The notes: a model not told the origin generated them from the sequence alone. 64,000 bases of DNA from Candidatus Doudnabacteria bacterium (GCA_963768175.1 CAVYGQ010000001.1:840717-904716); one strand, 5' to 3'. Positions 9,570-19,072 are shown, counted from the first letter of the stretch. Numbers and translations: made by a program.

Positions 9570-9894
9570 AATGCTTGATCAAGAGTTGAAGAGTTCTGCG
9601 ATTGCCCAAAACCCTCTCTTGGAACCGATGCTCGGGCGGAGTTCGTATACCTGCACGATTTTCGTGATTGATCTCCTTGGGGGGAAATCGGATAACTTTA
9701 GGATTTCAGACGAAGTTCTGGAGCAAATTCGAAAGAGGGTGGAGGGGGCGGAGGATGCGACCTACTACATCATCCACTTCATCCCCAGAGACTTTGAAGT
9801 TAGTAGTCTTGAGGACTTGCCTGAGTCCGAGAAAAAGAAGGTTCGCGAAGCGCTTAACCAAGCACCCTTTCCTGTTTGTATCGTTTGGGTTTAG
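9570..9894 (+). CDS. Hypothetical protein of 108 aa in a GC-rich island
   Basis: An SD (gaaggagga) lies 6 nt upstream of the ATG. GC content is far above the flanking sequence. Confidence 0.5.
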
Positions 9895-9967
9895 GCTAAC
9901 TATCGTGTGAGGTCGCTAGTACGAGCGAAGCTTGGGCGAGCTAGTGGGAGATTAAGAAAGGGGTAAT

Positions 9968-10552
9968 ATGAAAGCGGTACTGTTTTTGGCCATTTGTCTC
10001 ACCATCCCCGCTTCGGCCCAGGACTGGCAGACGCGGGACAGCCTGCACGTGCAGGCGGACGTCAGCAAAAATTGGTTCGTCTCCGGCTGGTCGGTGACCA
10101 ACCTGCGGACCGAAACCCCCAACAACACCAACCTGTTCGCAGGCGCAGGCTACCGCGGCAAAAACTGGTGGCTGGAGGCCATAGTACAGCACCAGTGGAA
10201 CACTAAGGCTAACCAGTGGATGCTGGACTTCCGGTTCAACAAGCAGACCGAACGGTGGCGCTTGTATGCCGAGGTCTCGCCTTTTCTGATCAAGAAGGCC
10301 TTCTACGAGTACGTTATTGTAGAACGGCGGACTTGGAAAGGCTTCTCGTTCGGCGCGGAGACCGAGAACACGCACCAGATTGGGCCGGACATGATCGCAA
10401 TAGGCCCTAGGGTTAGTCGCAAGCTCGGCCGGTTTGCTGGCTTTGATGCATCGGCCGCTATTGCGGTTCGGCTTAGCCCTGTCGGTGGGCATACTGAACC
10501 GCGGTTGTCCCTGACGTTCAACCGCCGGCTTTATTTGAGAGACCGCAAGTAG
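9968..10552 (+). CDS. Secreted protein with a signal peptide, possibly beta-barrel-like; GC-rich
   Basis: N-terminus MKAVLFLAICLTIPASAQD, followed by alternating hydrophobic/polar beta-like segments rich in W, Y and R. An SD (aagggg) is present. GC is about 60% against about 42% for the host. Confidence 0.5.
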   Translation: MKAVLFLAICLTIPASAQDWQTRDSLHVQADVSKNWFVSGWSVTNLRTETPNNTNLFAGAGYRGKNWWLEAIVQHQWNTKANQWMLDFRFNKQTERWRLYAEVSPFLIKKAFYEYVIVERRTWKGFSFGAETENTHQIGPDMIAIGPRVSRKLGRFAGFDASAAIAVRLSPVGGHTEPRLSLTFNRRLYLRDRK

Positions 10553-10622
10553 CGCGCGGTCTCTCTTTTTTATTTGTTTTTATGCTATAATAAGCAGTAT
10601 ATTATTAAAACAAAAAATTACT

Positions 10623-11357
10623 ATGCAAGATAAGTTTGGCGGAAAAGAACCAAAGTATTACGATATTTTTACTGGTTTGTTTGTGGCAATATTGCTGATT
10701 TCAGAAATTACCTCTACAAAAATTGTGTCTTTGGGGTTTATCCAAACAGCAGGCGCCGCGGTGCTGTTCCCTATCTCTTACATTTTTAGCGATATTTTAA
10801 CCGAAGTTTACGGCTACGCCAGAGCCAGGCGCGTCATGTGGATCGGCTTTGCGTCTTTGGTATTGCTTTCAGCAATCTTAATTATTGTCCAGTATCTGCC
10901 GCCGGCGCCCTCCTGGCACAACCAGGCCGCTTACGACGTGATTTTGGGTGTTGTGCCCAGAATTTCCTTTGCCAGCGTGATAGCTTATTGGGCCGGCGGT
11001 TTTGCCAACGATTTAGTCTTGGCCAAAATGAAGCTTTTGACCAAGGGCAAATATTTGTGGACGCGCACCGTGGGCTCCACCGTGGTTGGCCAGGCCGTGG
11101 ACACTTTTTTGTTCCTTAGCATCGCGTTTTATGGTACCTTGCCCAACGCGGTTATTTTACAAATTATCTTCAGCTTTTATTTGTTTAAGTGCGGTTATGA
11201 AGTCGTAGCCACCCCGATTACTTATTTTGTGGTCAATAAATTAAAAAAGGCCGAAGGCCTGGATGTGTTTGATTACCATACCAATTTCAACCCTTTCAAG
11301 TTCAAGGTTGAAAATTCGGTAGACCAAGGGGCATCCTTGGACCCGGAACAATCTTAG
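10623..11357 (+). CDS. yhhQ: Queuosine precursor transporter (YhhQ/DUF165 family)
   Basis: A multi-TM protein carrying the SDILTEVYGYARARRV motif typical of DUF165/Vut transporters. Confidence 0.7.
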   Translation: MQDKFGGKEPKYYDIFTGLFVAILLISEITSTKIVSLGFIQTAGAAVLFPISYIFSDILTEVYGYARARRVMWIGFASLVLLSAILIIVQYLPPAPSWHNQAAYDVILGVVPRISFASVIAYWAGGFANDLVLAKMKLLTKGKYLWTRTVGSTVVGQAVDTFLFLSIAFYGTLPNAVILQIIFSFYLFKCGYEVVATPITYFVVNKLKKAEGLDVFDYHTNFNPFKFKVENSVDQGASLDPEQS

Positions 11358-11375
11358 ACCAAGGATGCCCCTTGG
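11324..11375. terminator. Perfect 17-bp inverted repeat (CCAAGGGGCATCCTTGG / CCAAGGATGCCCCTTGG) between convergent genes
   Basis: Seen directly in the sequence. A related copy lies at 57743-57781 after rnhB. Confidence 0.7.
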
Positions 11376-11377
11376 TA

Positions 11378-12154
11378 CTATTGGTGTTTCAAAAACGGTT
11401 TTAATATTGGCGCGTATAAATCTTTTTTCGGCGGAATAACCAATTTGTGATATAAATCCTTTTTGGTAAACTTAACAAATTTCGCCCCTCTTAGCACCAC
11501 CACCGGCGTTTGCTCGCCGCCTTCGCCCATTATCAGCGCTCCCAAGTCCGCCAGCGTGTCCACCAAATTGCGCTGGGTGTATTTTAATTTGCGTTTAAAA
11601 ATATCTTTTTGTCCGCGGTAATCAAACAGTGGCTTTAACCCCCAAAAGCCGATGCTTACCCCTTGCGTTCCCCATCTTAGCGGCGTGGTGCGGCTGTCCA
11701 CGGCCACGGCCGCCAGTTTTTTTGTGCCAAATTTTGTTTGGTATCTTTTGACAATTTGTTTAAGTAATAAATTAACATTCTTCGGCCAAAGAATAAAATA
11801 ACCATTGCCGTTGCTTTCATCTATGCCGGCCGAAGGTATAAGCGTGTAGTCTTTAATGGTCAAAATAATTTCCGAATCGCCAATCATGTAAGCCGGCAAG
11901 CTAAAATCGGCTTCTTTTTTTACAAGCTGGTGTTTTTGGTTGTAGCGTGCCGATTTATCCGCCGTCGCTGAAGCTTTGGCGGACAAGTCGGCCTTCTCGA
12001 TTTTCACGCATCTGCCCTGATGAATCGCCAAAATCTTGGAAGCAATCAACAAAACATCGCCTTCTTTAAGCTTAGGCAGGCGTTTGTCCAGCTCTTGCAA
12101 AATGTCGTCCTTTGGCGGCAGGAACTTGCGGGTTTTTATGGGAATGAATTGCAT
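11378..12154 (-). CDS. CofE-like (F420-0:gamma-glutamyl ligase family) protein
   Basis: IPSAGIDESN and LLIASKILAIHQG regions resemble the F420_ligase domain. The family assignment is tentative. Confidence 0.45.
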   Translation of the reverse strand: MQFIPIKTRKFLPPKDDILQELDKRLPKLKEGDVLLIASKILAIHQGRCVKIEKADLSAKASATADKSARYNQKHQLVKKEADFSLPAYMIGDSEIILTIKDYTLIPSAGIDESNGNGYFILWPKNVNLLLKQIVKRYQTKFGTKKLAAVAVDSRTTPLRWGTQGVSIGFWGLKPLFDYRGQKDIFKRKLKYTQRNLVDTLADLGALIMGEGGEQTPVVVLRGAKFVKFTKKDLYHKLVIPPKKDLYAPILKPFLKHQ

Positions 12155-12254
12155 AGAAGTAGTGTATCAAAAAAAATAACCCCTGGTAAGGAGGGTTTGA
12201 CAAGATAAAGAGAACCATATAAAATGTTAATACTTAGTATTAATTTAAGTTATT

Positions 12255-12518
12255 ATGAGAAATACTTCCTTAGTCACCATATCTTTGCCGCCGGCCATGG
12301 TCAGGGAATCCGATAGTAGGGCAAAAAGCAGGCAGATGACCCGGTCGGAACTTGTCCGTGCGGCCTTGCGCGAGTATTTGGAGCGCTACGGCGCCAAAAG
12401 AATCGCCTGGGAAGAACAGGACACCCTGAAAGCCATTCGGTCCTATGGGCGGGCAAAAAAACAGGGAAAACTAAAAATTTTAAGGTCCGGCGATTTAGCA
12501 AAATGGGCAAGAGAATAA
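12255..12518 (+). CDS. Ribbon-helix-helix (CopG-like) antitoxin
   Basis: An 87-aa protein with an RHH-like region (SRQMTRSELVRAALREYLERY) lying directly upstream of a RelE/ParE-like gene. Confidence 0.6.
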   Translation: MRNTSLVTISLPPAMVRESDSRAKSRQMTRSELVRAALREYLERYGAKRIAWEEQDTLKAIRSYGRAKKQGKLKILRSGDLAKWARE

Positions 12519-12522
12519 TCAA

Positions 12523-12789
12523 ATGAAAATCGCCAAAATCAATTATACCCCCTATTTCAAAAGGGCTTATAAAAGGTTGCCTTCGGAAATTAAAACGATT
12601 TTTTCGGAAAGAGAAAAAATGTTCCGTGAAAATTGTTTTGACCCGAAGCTCAAAACGCATAAGCTTTCAGGAAGGTTGGCGGGTTGTTGGTCGTTTTCCC
12701 TTGATTATTCTTACCGGGTCCTGTTTGTGTTTGTTAGTGGTGGCGGAGCGGACTTTTTAAACGTCGGCGATCATTCTATATATCAATAA
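12523..12789 (+). CDS. RelE/ParE-family type II toxin
   Basis: An 88-aa protein with the HKLSGRLAGCWSFSLDYSYRVLF signature, placed 4 nt after the antitoxin. Confidence 0.65.
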   Translation: MKIAKINYTPYFKRAYKRLPSEIKTIFSEREKMFRENCFDPKLKTHKLSGRLAGCWSFSLDYSYRVLFVFVSGGGADFLNVGDHSIYQ

Positions 12790-12795
12790 TTTTAT

Positions 12796-12872
12796 GGGCT
12801 AGTAGCTCAGCTGGTTAGAGCACGTCTCTTATAAGGACGGGGTCGATGGTCCGAATCCATCCTAGCCCACCA
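12796..12872 (+). tRNA. tRNA-Ile (anticodon TAT)
   Basis: Cloverleaf with acceptor GGGCTAG/CTAGCCC, anticodon loop CTTATAA, a GATGG/CCATC T-arm and an encoded CCA. Confidence 0.6.
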
Positions 12873-12901
12873 TTGGGACTATATTATTAAATTGTAGAAA
12901 A

Positions 12902-13132
12902 ATGGCAAATAAACCAAAGCCGCTCGCAAAATGCACTAGGTGTGGAAAAAGTACAACAGACGTGCGTTTGGTGAACCAGAGATGCCCAATTGTTTATAAA
13001 AAGGGTGGTAGATGTAAGGGTGTATATAGAAGTTTTATAATGCCTGGAGATTGGAAAAAATGCCCAGATTGTTTAGGAGAGAATAGTGAATGTGAGACTT
13101 GCCACGGGGCAGGTTGGCTTTCAACCAGATAA
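12902..13132 (+). CDS. Small zinc-ribbon protein (8 Cys, 76 aa)
   Basis: Paired CxxC motifs (CTRCG, CPDC, CETC). Confidence 0.5.
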   Translation: MANKPKPLAKCTRCGKSTTDVRLVNQRCPIVYKKGGRCKGVYRSFIMPGDWKKCPDCLGENSECETCHGAGWLSTR

Positions 13133-13159
13133 ATAGTAGAGCATCTTGGTACGTTTAAA

Positions 13160-13192
13160 AAAACTCCGGCAGTTGCCGGGGTTTTTTCTTTT
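13160..13192 (+). terminator. Rho-independent terminator
   Basis: Hairpin ccggcagttgccgg followed by ggttttttctttt. Confidence 0.7.
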
Positions 13193-13219
13193 CACTAAGC
13201 ACTTAGCACTAATCACTAA
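13193..13219. repeat. Heptamer tandem repeat (CACTAAG/CACTTAG)n, the reverse complement of (GTGCTTA)n at 61898-61936
   Basis: cactaagcacttagcactaatcactaa lies immediately 3' of gyrA. Confidence 0.7.
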
Positions 13220-13220
13220 T

Positions 13221-15686
13221 TTAAATTATCGTCGCACTCGCCACTTTATCTCCCTCATCCAGCCTCATTACCCTTACGCCTTGGGTGGCGCGGCCTAATG
13301 TGGAAACTTTGTTCAGTGGCGTGCGGATGGTTTGGCCGGATTTGGAAATTATGACCAAGTCGTGCTCTTCACTGTTGTTTAAAATATGCATGCTGACAAT
13401 TTTCCCGGTCTTGGGCGTAACTTTTACGGTTTTAATGCCGCTGCCGCCGCGCTTTTGCACTTTATAATACGACGCTTCGGTTTTTTTACCCAAACCGTTT
13501 TCCGTAACCACCAGAACTTCCAGAGTTTTTACATCCACGCTTTTGCGGATAATATCCATGCTGATAATCTTGTCGTCTTTTTTCAGGCGCATGCCGGTAA
13601 CGCCGCTGGCGTTTCGGCCCATGGCCCGGACGTCCTTCTCGCTAAAGCGGATGGCTTGGCCGTTTTCCGTGGACAGCATAATTTGGTCTTCGCCACTGGA
13701 GGTTTCCACCCACTTTAATTCATCGGCGCCTTTTAGGGAAATAGCTATCATGCCGCTGCGCCGTACTTTACTGAATTCGTCGCGGCTGGTTTTTTTAATC
13801 AGTCCGTTTTTGGTGGCCATAACCAGGAATTTGGCGTTGTCTTTTTTGGAAAAAGTAAGCACGGCTTGCGAAGTCTCGCCGCTTTGCAGCTGCAGGAAAT
13901 TCACCAAAGCCTGGCCTTTGGAAACGCGCGTGCCCTCGGGTAGCTCGTAAACTTTGGTCTGGAATACCCGTCCTTTGTTGGTGAAAAAGAGAATATCGTC
14001 GTGGGTATTGGAAGAAATAAGCTTTTCCACCACGTCTTCTTCTTTTAAGGTTTGGCCGATCACGCCTTTGCCGCCGCGGCTTTGGGTTTTGTAGGTGTCC
14101 GGCGCCAGGCGCTTGACATAGCCGGATTTGGTAATGGTAATAATTACGTTACTTTCCGGAATCAGATCTTCGGCAGAGAAGCTTCCAATGGCATTTTTTA
14201 TTACTTGCGTCCGGCGTTCGTCGCCAAAGCGAGACTTCATATCTTCCACCTCACTTCTAATAATTCCCAAAATTTTCTTCTTGGATTGCAAAATACCTTC
14301 CAATTCTTCTATTAAATTCTTTTTTTCTTTTAATTCGTCGTCAATTTTTTTACGCTCCAGGCCGGCCAAAGTTTGCAGGCGCATTTCCAAAATCGCGTCC
14401 GCCTGGATGTCCGTGAGCTTGAATTTTTTGATTAAATTGACTTTGGCTTCTTCCTTGGTGGGTGATTTTTTGATGGTGTTTATAACCTCATCAATACGGT
14501 CCAGGGCTTTTTTTAAGCCTTCCAGAATGTGGGCGCGTTCTTTGGCCTTTTTGAGTTCAAATTCCGTGCGTTTGCGCACCACAATTTCGCGGTGCTGCAA
14601 ATATTTTTCCAGGACAGTTTTTAAATTCAGGACATGGGGCTCAATGCCGTCTACCAAAGCCAGCATGTTCATGTGGAAAGATTCCTGGAGTTGGGTGTAG
14701 GAAAACAGCTGGTTTAAAATTTTGTTGGGCAACCCGTCTTTTTTTATGTCTATGACAATGCGCACGCCGTCTTTGTCGCTTTCGTCGCGTACGTCGCGGA
14801 TGCCTTCTATTTTTTTATCGCGGACCAGTTCGGCAATTTTTTCAAGTAAGGTGGCTTTGTTCACGCGGTAAGGAATCTCGTGGACCAAAATTTGGTAAGC
14901 GCCGGATTTGCTTTCTGTAATTTCCGTTTTGGCGCGCATCACAATACTGCCTTTGCCCGTGGCATAGGCGTTCTTAATGGCCGCGATGTCGTAAATTATG
15001 CCGCCGGTGGGGAAGTCCGGTCCCTTAACAAATTCCATTAGGTCTTCGGTAGTGGCTTCCGGGTCGTCAATTAGTTTAACAATGGCATCGCAAATTTCGC
15101 CTAAGTTGTGGGGCGGGATGTCTGTGGCCATGCCTACGGCAATGCCGAGCGTACCGTTAAGCAACAGATTAGGCAGTTTGCCCGGCAAGACCACTGGCTC
15201 TTTGCGTGTGGCGTCATAGTTGTCGCGCCAGTCCACGGTTTCTTTATCCAAGTCTACCAACAATTCTTCGGCCAAAGCGGACATGCGGGCTTCGGTGTAA
15301 CGCATGGCCGCGGCGCCGTCGCCGTCCATGGAGCCAAAGTTCCCCTGTCCGTCTATTAGCGGATAGCGCATGGCAAACAGCTGGGCCATATGGACCATGG
15401 AGTCGTAAACCGCAATATCGCCGTGGGGATGGTACTTGCCCAACACGTCTCCGACTACGGCCGCGGATTTGCGGAATTTGACGTTGTGGCGCAGTCCCAG
15501 TTCGTGCATCACGTATAAAATGCGCCTGTGCACGGGCTTTAAGCCGTCGCGGACATCCGGCAGGGCGCGGCTGACAATTACGCTCATGGCGTAATCCAAA
15601 TACGATTCCTGCATTTCCGTCTGGATGTCGCGCTGCTTGATTTCCCCGATGTCGGTGCTAAGTTCTGCTTTGGAATCTTTAGGCAT
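13221..15686 (-). CDS. gyrA: DNA gyrase subunit A
   Basis: [27 protein letters not shown] motif with C-terminal beta-pinwheel repeats. The start is refined to the ATG at 15684-15686; the track start at 15701 is a TTG. Confidence 0.93.
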   Translation of the reverse strand: MPKDSKAELSTDIGEIKQRDIQTEMQESYLDYAMSVIVSRALPDVRDGLKPVHRRILYVMHELGLRHNVKFRKSAAVVGDVLGKYHPHGDIAVYDSMVHMAQLFAMRYPLIDGQGNFGSMDGDGAAAMRYTEARMSALAEELLVDLDKETVDWRDNYDATRKEPVVLPGKLPNLLLNGTLGIAVGMATDIPPHNLGEICDAIVKLIDDPEATTEDLMEFVKGPDFPTGGIIYDIAAIKNAYATGKGSIVMRAKTEITESKSGAYQILVHEIPYRVNKATLLEKIAELVRDKKIEGIRDVRDESDKDGVRIVIDIKKDGLPNKILNQLFSYTQLQESFHMNMLALVDGIEPHVLNLKTVLEKYLQHREIVVRKRTEFELKKAKERAHILEGLKKALDRIDEVINTIKKSPTKEEAKVNLIKKFKLTDIQADAILEMRLQTLAGLERKKIDDELKEKKNLIEELEGILQSKKKILGIIRSEVEDMKSRFGDERRTQVIKNAIGSFSAEDLIPESNVIITITKSGYVKRLAPDTYKTQSRGGKGVIGQTLKEEDVVEKLISSNTHDDILFFTNKGRVFQTKVYELPEGTRVSKGQALVNFLQLQSGETSQAVLTFSKKDNAKFLVMATKNGLIKKTSRDEFSKVRRSGMIAISLKGADELKWVETSSGEDQIMLSTENGQAIRFSEKDVRAMGRNASGVTGMRLKKDDKIISMDIIRKSVDVKTLEVLVVTENGLGKKTEASYYKVQKRGGSGIKTVKVTPKTGKIVSMHILNNSEEHDLVIISKSGQTIRTPLNKVSTLGRATQGVRVMRLDEGDKVASATII

Positions 15687-15692
15687 AAAGGT

Positions 15693-15770
15693 AATGAACA
15701 AAAATTAAAAAAATGACACAAATGAGCAAAAATGAACTGTGGTAATTTCCGTCATTTTTATTATTTTTTA
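15693..15770. repeat. AT-rich repeat AATGA(A)CAAAAATTAAAAAAATGACA with an inverted TGTCATTTTTATT arm (copy 1 of 4)
   Basis: Other copies are at 19073-19165, 42272-42368 and 54402-54440. Confidence 0.75.
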
Positions 15771-15967
15771 TTGTAGCTCTCTTTTATATTATGAATCCCT
15801 TGGCCAATGGTTTGGAACAACGACATATTTTTGGCCACGTTCTTCTGGAACCTTGTGCTTACAACCCAAACCAAAATTAAAATTACCACAACAGTAACTG
15901 AAACAATCCACATTATCTTAATTTTCGTGTGTTGGGGCTGGTTTTGGATTTTTTGAATTATATTCAT
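15761..15967 (-). CDS. Small membrane protein (68 aa), hypothetical
   Basis: A single TM helix. The call is weak. Confidence 0.3.
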   Translation of the reverse strand: MNIIQKIQNQPQHTKIKIMWIVSVTVVVILILVWVVSTRFQKNVAKNMSLFQTIGQGIHNIKESYNKK

Positions 15968-16056
15968 AATTTTCTACTAAATACTAAAATGGGCTAAATA
16001 CGAAACTTTGGATATCCGTTGTTTAGTATTTTGCTCCTTTTCGTATTTAGTAGAGG

Positions 16057-16683
16057 TTATCTTAATGGTTCCAAAACAACCACTTTTGTCCCCTCTTCCG
16101 GCAAATCTTTTTTCTTGAGCGTCAGTTTGTCCATTTCTTCCTTTTTCCCGCCCATTTCTTTGATAAACTTGTCCAAAGACTCCAAATCCAAAATTAACTC
16201 TTTGGTTTTATAATGGCTGGGGATGACAATTTTCGGCTCAACTTCGTTAATGACTTTGCCGGCGGCTGATGCCGAAAGCACCGTGTTGCCGCCGACGGGC
16301 AGAATTAAAATATCTATATCGCCCAGCTCTTCCAGCTCGTTTTCCGTTAAATTAAATTCTTTAATGTGGGTAAGGTTCAGTATACGGATGTCCTCGCTCT
16401 CAATTAAAAAGATCGTAATGTATTTGTTTTCCTGCTTTAAGGGTATCCCGGTGACCGTTACGCCTTTTATGTCGTATTCGCCGGGATCGGTAATGTCAAA
16501 ATGCCCGCCGGAAATGCCGGAGACAGCCGAGTAAAGTTTGCTGTTTTTTTGGGCCAAAATTAAAATATCAGCCGCTCCCCTTGGCGGAGTCAGGCCGGAG
16601 TCTTTATTAAACGGGTCGGTTATAATGGTGGCTAATTTGGTGCTGATTTTAAACGAAGATAAACCAAAATACTGGATTTGCAT
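16057..16683 (-). CDS. Metallo-beta-lactamase-fold hydrolase (UPF0173-like)
   Basis: MQIQYFGLSSFKI start, an HxHxDH-like core and ILILPVGG / PSHY motifs. The start is taken at the internal Met (16683); the upstream extension is Cys-rich and junk-like. Confidence 0.6.
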   Translation of the reverse strand: MQIQYFGLSSFKISTKLATIITDPFNKDSGLTPPRGAADILILAQKNSKLYSAVSGISGGHFDITDPGEYDIKGVTVTGIPLKQENKYITIFLIESEDIRILNLTHIKEFNLTENELEELGDIDILILPVGGNTVLSASAAGKVINEVEPKIVIPSHYKTKELILDLESLDKFIKEMGGKKEEMDKLTLKKKDLPEEGTKVVVLEPLR

Positions 16684-16802
16684 ATAATGAATTGTATCAT
16701 TTTTTAGGCAAAAAGAAAAGGGCAAAATAAGGCAAAAACAGTCTTGACTTTTAAGAAAATTTGCCATATTCTTAACTGTTGGAGAATTGTTGAGGAGGCA
16801 CT

Positions 16803-17084
16803 ATGTACCTTGAAGTAGGGTTATTTGGCTTCGTTATCATAAAGGAGGGACCCTCTTCTTTTGCAGATATCGAAGTCGAGCTCGTGAGGCAAGAGCTGGT
16901 TGGTCGGGGGGTGATTTTTGACCTCACCGGCCAGCAGGCCGACCCGAGCGAGGTCAAGAAGATTGCCATGGCGCTGCGCGTGCCGTGGATTGTCGTCGGG
17001 AGTGGTGCCGACGGCCTGGAAGGCCACACTGCCCAGACCGTTGAGCAGGCGGAGGACCAGCTCATGAGAGGGTATGGGAGCTGA
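16803..17084 (+). CDS. Hypothetical 93-aa protein in a GC-rich islet
   Basis: A GGAGG SD lies 6 nt upstream. GC content is far above the flanks. No domain is recognised. Confidence 0.45.
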   Translation: MYLEVGLFGFVIIKEGPSSFADIEVELVRQELVGRGVIFDLTGQQADPSEVKKIAMALRVPWIVVGSGADGLEGHTAQTVEQAEDQLMRGYGS

Positions 17085-17131
17085 GACTTTCTCGACGGGG
17101 GTTGGTTGTGCTGTGCGCCGGCCAACCCCTT

Positions 17132-17159
17132 GATTTATATCTTAAAACTGCTATAATCT
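17132..17159 (+). promoter_or_regulatory. Sigma70-like promoter (TTGATT, 16 nt spacer, TGcTATAAT extended -10) upstream of rpsA
   Basis: Assigned by sequence pattern only. Confidence 0.4.
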
Positions 17160-17361
17160 TAATACTTATTTGGCGCAAAGCGCTACATTAAATAAAATCA
17201 TTGACCCCCAAATAAGTTTTATTTAAGCGCTTTTTAACAATTAACCAAATGCAATAAGGTTTGTAATTGGACAACGATTAGCCGTTGTTTTATTTTTGCT
17301 CCGACGGCAATTTTGTTTAATGTTACTTAATTTTATCTAATTTTGGTCAATTATAATTATT

Positions 17362-18588
17362 ATGTCAGAAGAAAAACAGCAAAATGTAATTCCGGCGGCC
17401 GCGGCTACGGCCCAAACCATGGGCGACTTGCTCGGTAGTGGGATTGAAATTAAAGTTTTAAAACAGGGTGATATGGTGGAAGGCACCCTGATTTCCGTAG
17501 GCAAGAACGAAGTCTACGTGGACTTGGAAGGCTATGGCGTAGGCGTAGTGCGCGGGCGCGAACTTTACGACGACGAAGCCACCCTTAGTGCGCTCAAACC
17601 CGGCGACAAAATTTTTGTTTCCGTGGTAGAGCCGGAAAATAAGGAAGGCATTTCGGAACTGTCTTTGCGTCAGGCCGGCCAAGAGCGGGTTTGGCAGACG
17701 CTTAAAGAAAAAATGGAAAACAAGGAAGTTTTGCGCACCAAAATTTTGGAAGCCAATAAGGGTGGGCTGATGGTGGAAATCAACAACGTTATGGGTTTTT
17801 TGCCGGTCTCCCAGCTGTCGCTTGAGCATTATCCGCGCGTGGAAGACGGCGATAAAAACCGGATTTTAGGCGTCCTGCAAAGTTACATTGGCCAGTTGTT
17901 TGACGTGCAGATTATTACTGCTGACTCCGCCGAGGAAAAATTAATCGTCAGCGAAAAAGCCGTATTTGAAAAAGAGATGGAAAATCGCCTGGGCCAGCTG
18001 AAAATCGGCATGGTGGTGGAAGGCGCGGTTACCGGCGTGGTGGATTTCGGCGCTTTTGTGAAGTTTGGCGAAATGGAAGGGCTGGTCCATATAAGTGAGC
18101 TTGCCTGGCAGAGAATCGAAAATCCTAAAGATATTGTAAAAGTCGGGCAAAAAGTAACGGCTAAAATTATTTCCATAGATAAGGGCCGCGTCTCTTTGTC
18201 CATTAAGCAGCTGCAGGAAGACCCGTGGCTGGAAGCGGTAAAGAAATATCAAATCGGCCAGACCGTAAAAGGCAAGGTTGCCAAAATTATGCCCTTTGGC
18301 GTGTTTGTGGAGCTGGATAAAGATATCCAAGGGTTAGCCCATGTTATGGAATTGTCCCACGAAGCCGTAAAAAATCCGGAAGATATTTTAAAGCCTGGCG
18401 AAGAAAAGGAATTTAAAATTATTTCCATTGAACCGGCCGAGCATCGTTTGGGACTTTCTTTAAAAGCTTTGCAGGAAGCGCCCAAGAAGATTGCAGAGCC
18501 GCTGGTTGAAACTCCGCCAGTCGCAGATTCAAAACAGCAAGAAGAACCGGAGAAAGAAAACGAAGTCGTCCCGGAAGAAGCTAAGTAA
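17362..18588 (+). CDS. rpsA: 30S ribosomal protein S1 (four S1 domains)
   Basis: Repeated S1 domains (GDMVEGTLISVGKNEVYVDLEGYGVGVV and similar), 408 aa. Confidence 0.88.
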   Translation: MSEEKQQNVIPAAAATAQTMGDLLGSGIEIKVLKQGDMVEGTLISVGKNEVYVDLEGYGVGVVRGRELYDDEATLSALKPGDKIFVSVVEPENKEGISELSLRQAGQERVWQTLKEKMENKEVLRTKILEANKGGLMVEINNVMGFLPVSQLSLEHYPRVEDGDKNRILGVLQSYIGQLFDVQIITADSAEEKLIVSEKAVFEKEMENRLGQLKIGMVVEGAVTGVVDFGAFVKFGEMEGLVHISELAWQRIENPKDIVKVGQKVTAKIISIDKGRVSLSIKQLQEDPWLEAVKKYQIGQTVKGKVAKIMPFGVFVELDKDIQGLAHVMELSHEAVKNPEDILKPGEEKEFKIISIEPAEHRLGLSLKALQEAPKKIAEPLVETPPVADSKQQEEPEKENEVVPEEAK

Positions 18589-18600
18589 GTCTGTGAATTT

Positions 18601-18636
18601 AAAAACCCCGCTTCTCGCGAGAAGCGGGGTTTTCCA
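18601..18636. terminator. Rho-independent terminator after rpsA
   Basis: aaaaaccccgcttctcgcgagaagcggggtttt. Confidence 0.75.
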
Positions 18637-18648
18637 TATCAGGATAAA

Positions 18649-18891
18649 TTACATTCCGGCCGGTTTGTTCGGCATCATAGGAGACGATGACGAACACGAT
18701 TTACAGTTGGCTTTGTGGGTGAATAACTCGTAAAGAGCGCCGAGGCCTACGAGCACATAAACAATTCTGGCAAGCGTTTCGCCAAGGTAAGTTACGACAT
18801 TAACACCAAACAATCCGACTATCAGCCAGACCAGCCCTCCAATTATAACCAGTATCCAGGCAATCATGTGTAGAGCTTTCATGTTGTTCAC
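18649..18891 (-). CDS. DUF378 family membrane protein
   Basis: MKALHMIAWILVIIGGLVWLIVGLFG...ARIVYVLVGLGALY, which is the DUF378 signature. Confidence 0.7.
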   Translation of the reverse strand: MNNMKALHMIAWILVIIGGLVWLIVGLFGVNVVTYLGETLARIVYVLVGLGALYELFTHKANCKSCSSSSPMMPNKPAGM

Positions 18892-19072
18892 CCCCTTTTT
18901 ATCCGTCTTTGGAGATTTGGTTCAAAGGACGGAGCTTTTGTTTCTTTAAGTTTTAATTTCCGCAAAGACCTGCGCGGATAACCCTTTAATGCCCCGATAC
19001 AGCCAAGGCTAAGAGTCACCTCTAGTATACTGTTTAAGCCAGAAATTGCAAATCGGTTATCCCCCAGAGAGG

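Noticed and set aside
9994-10521. Overlapping ORFs 9994-10206, 10216-10410, 9941-10492 (minus strand) and 10303-10521 within the GC-rich island.
   Set aside because: High GC inflates spurious ORF length. The frame at 9968-10552 has a signal peptide, an SD and a coherent sequence. The others are Arg/Pro-rich and have no start context.
13285-15481. Multiple 60-190-aa ORFs on the plus strand inside gyrA, and similar antisense ORFs inside infB, the P-type ATPase and speA.
   Set aside because: They are embedded antisense to long, well-supported genes, and their sequences are rich in R, S and P as expected for antisense frames of coding DNA.
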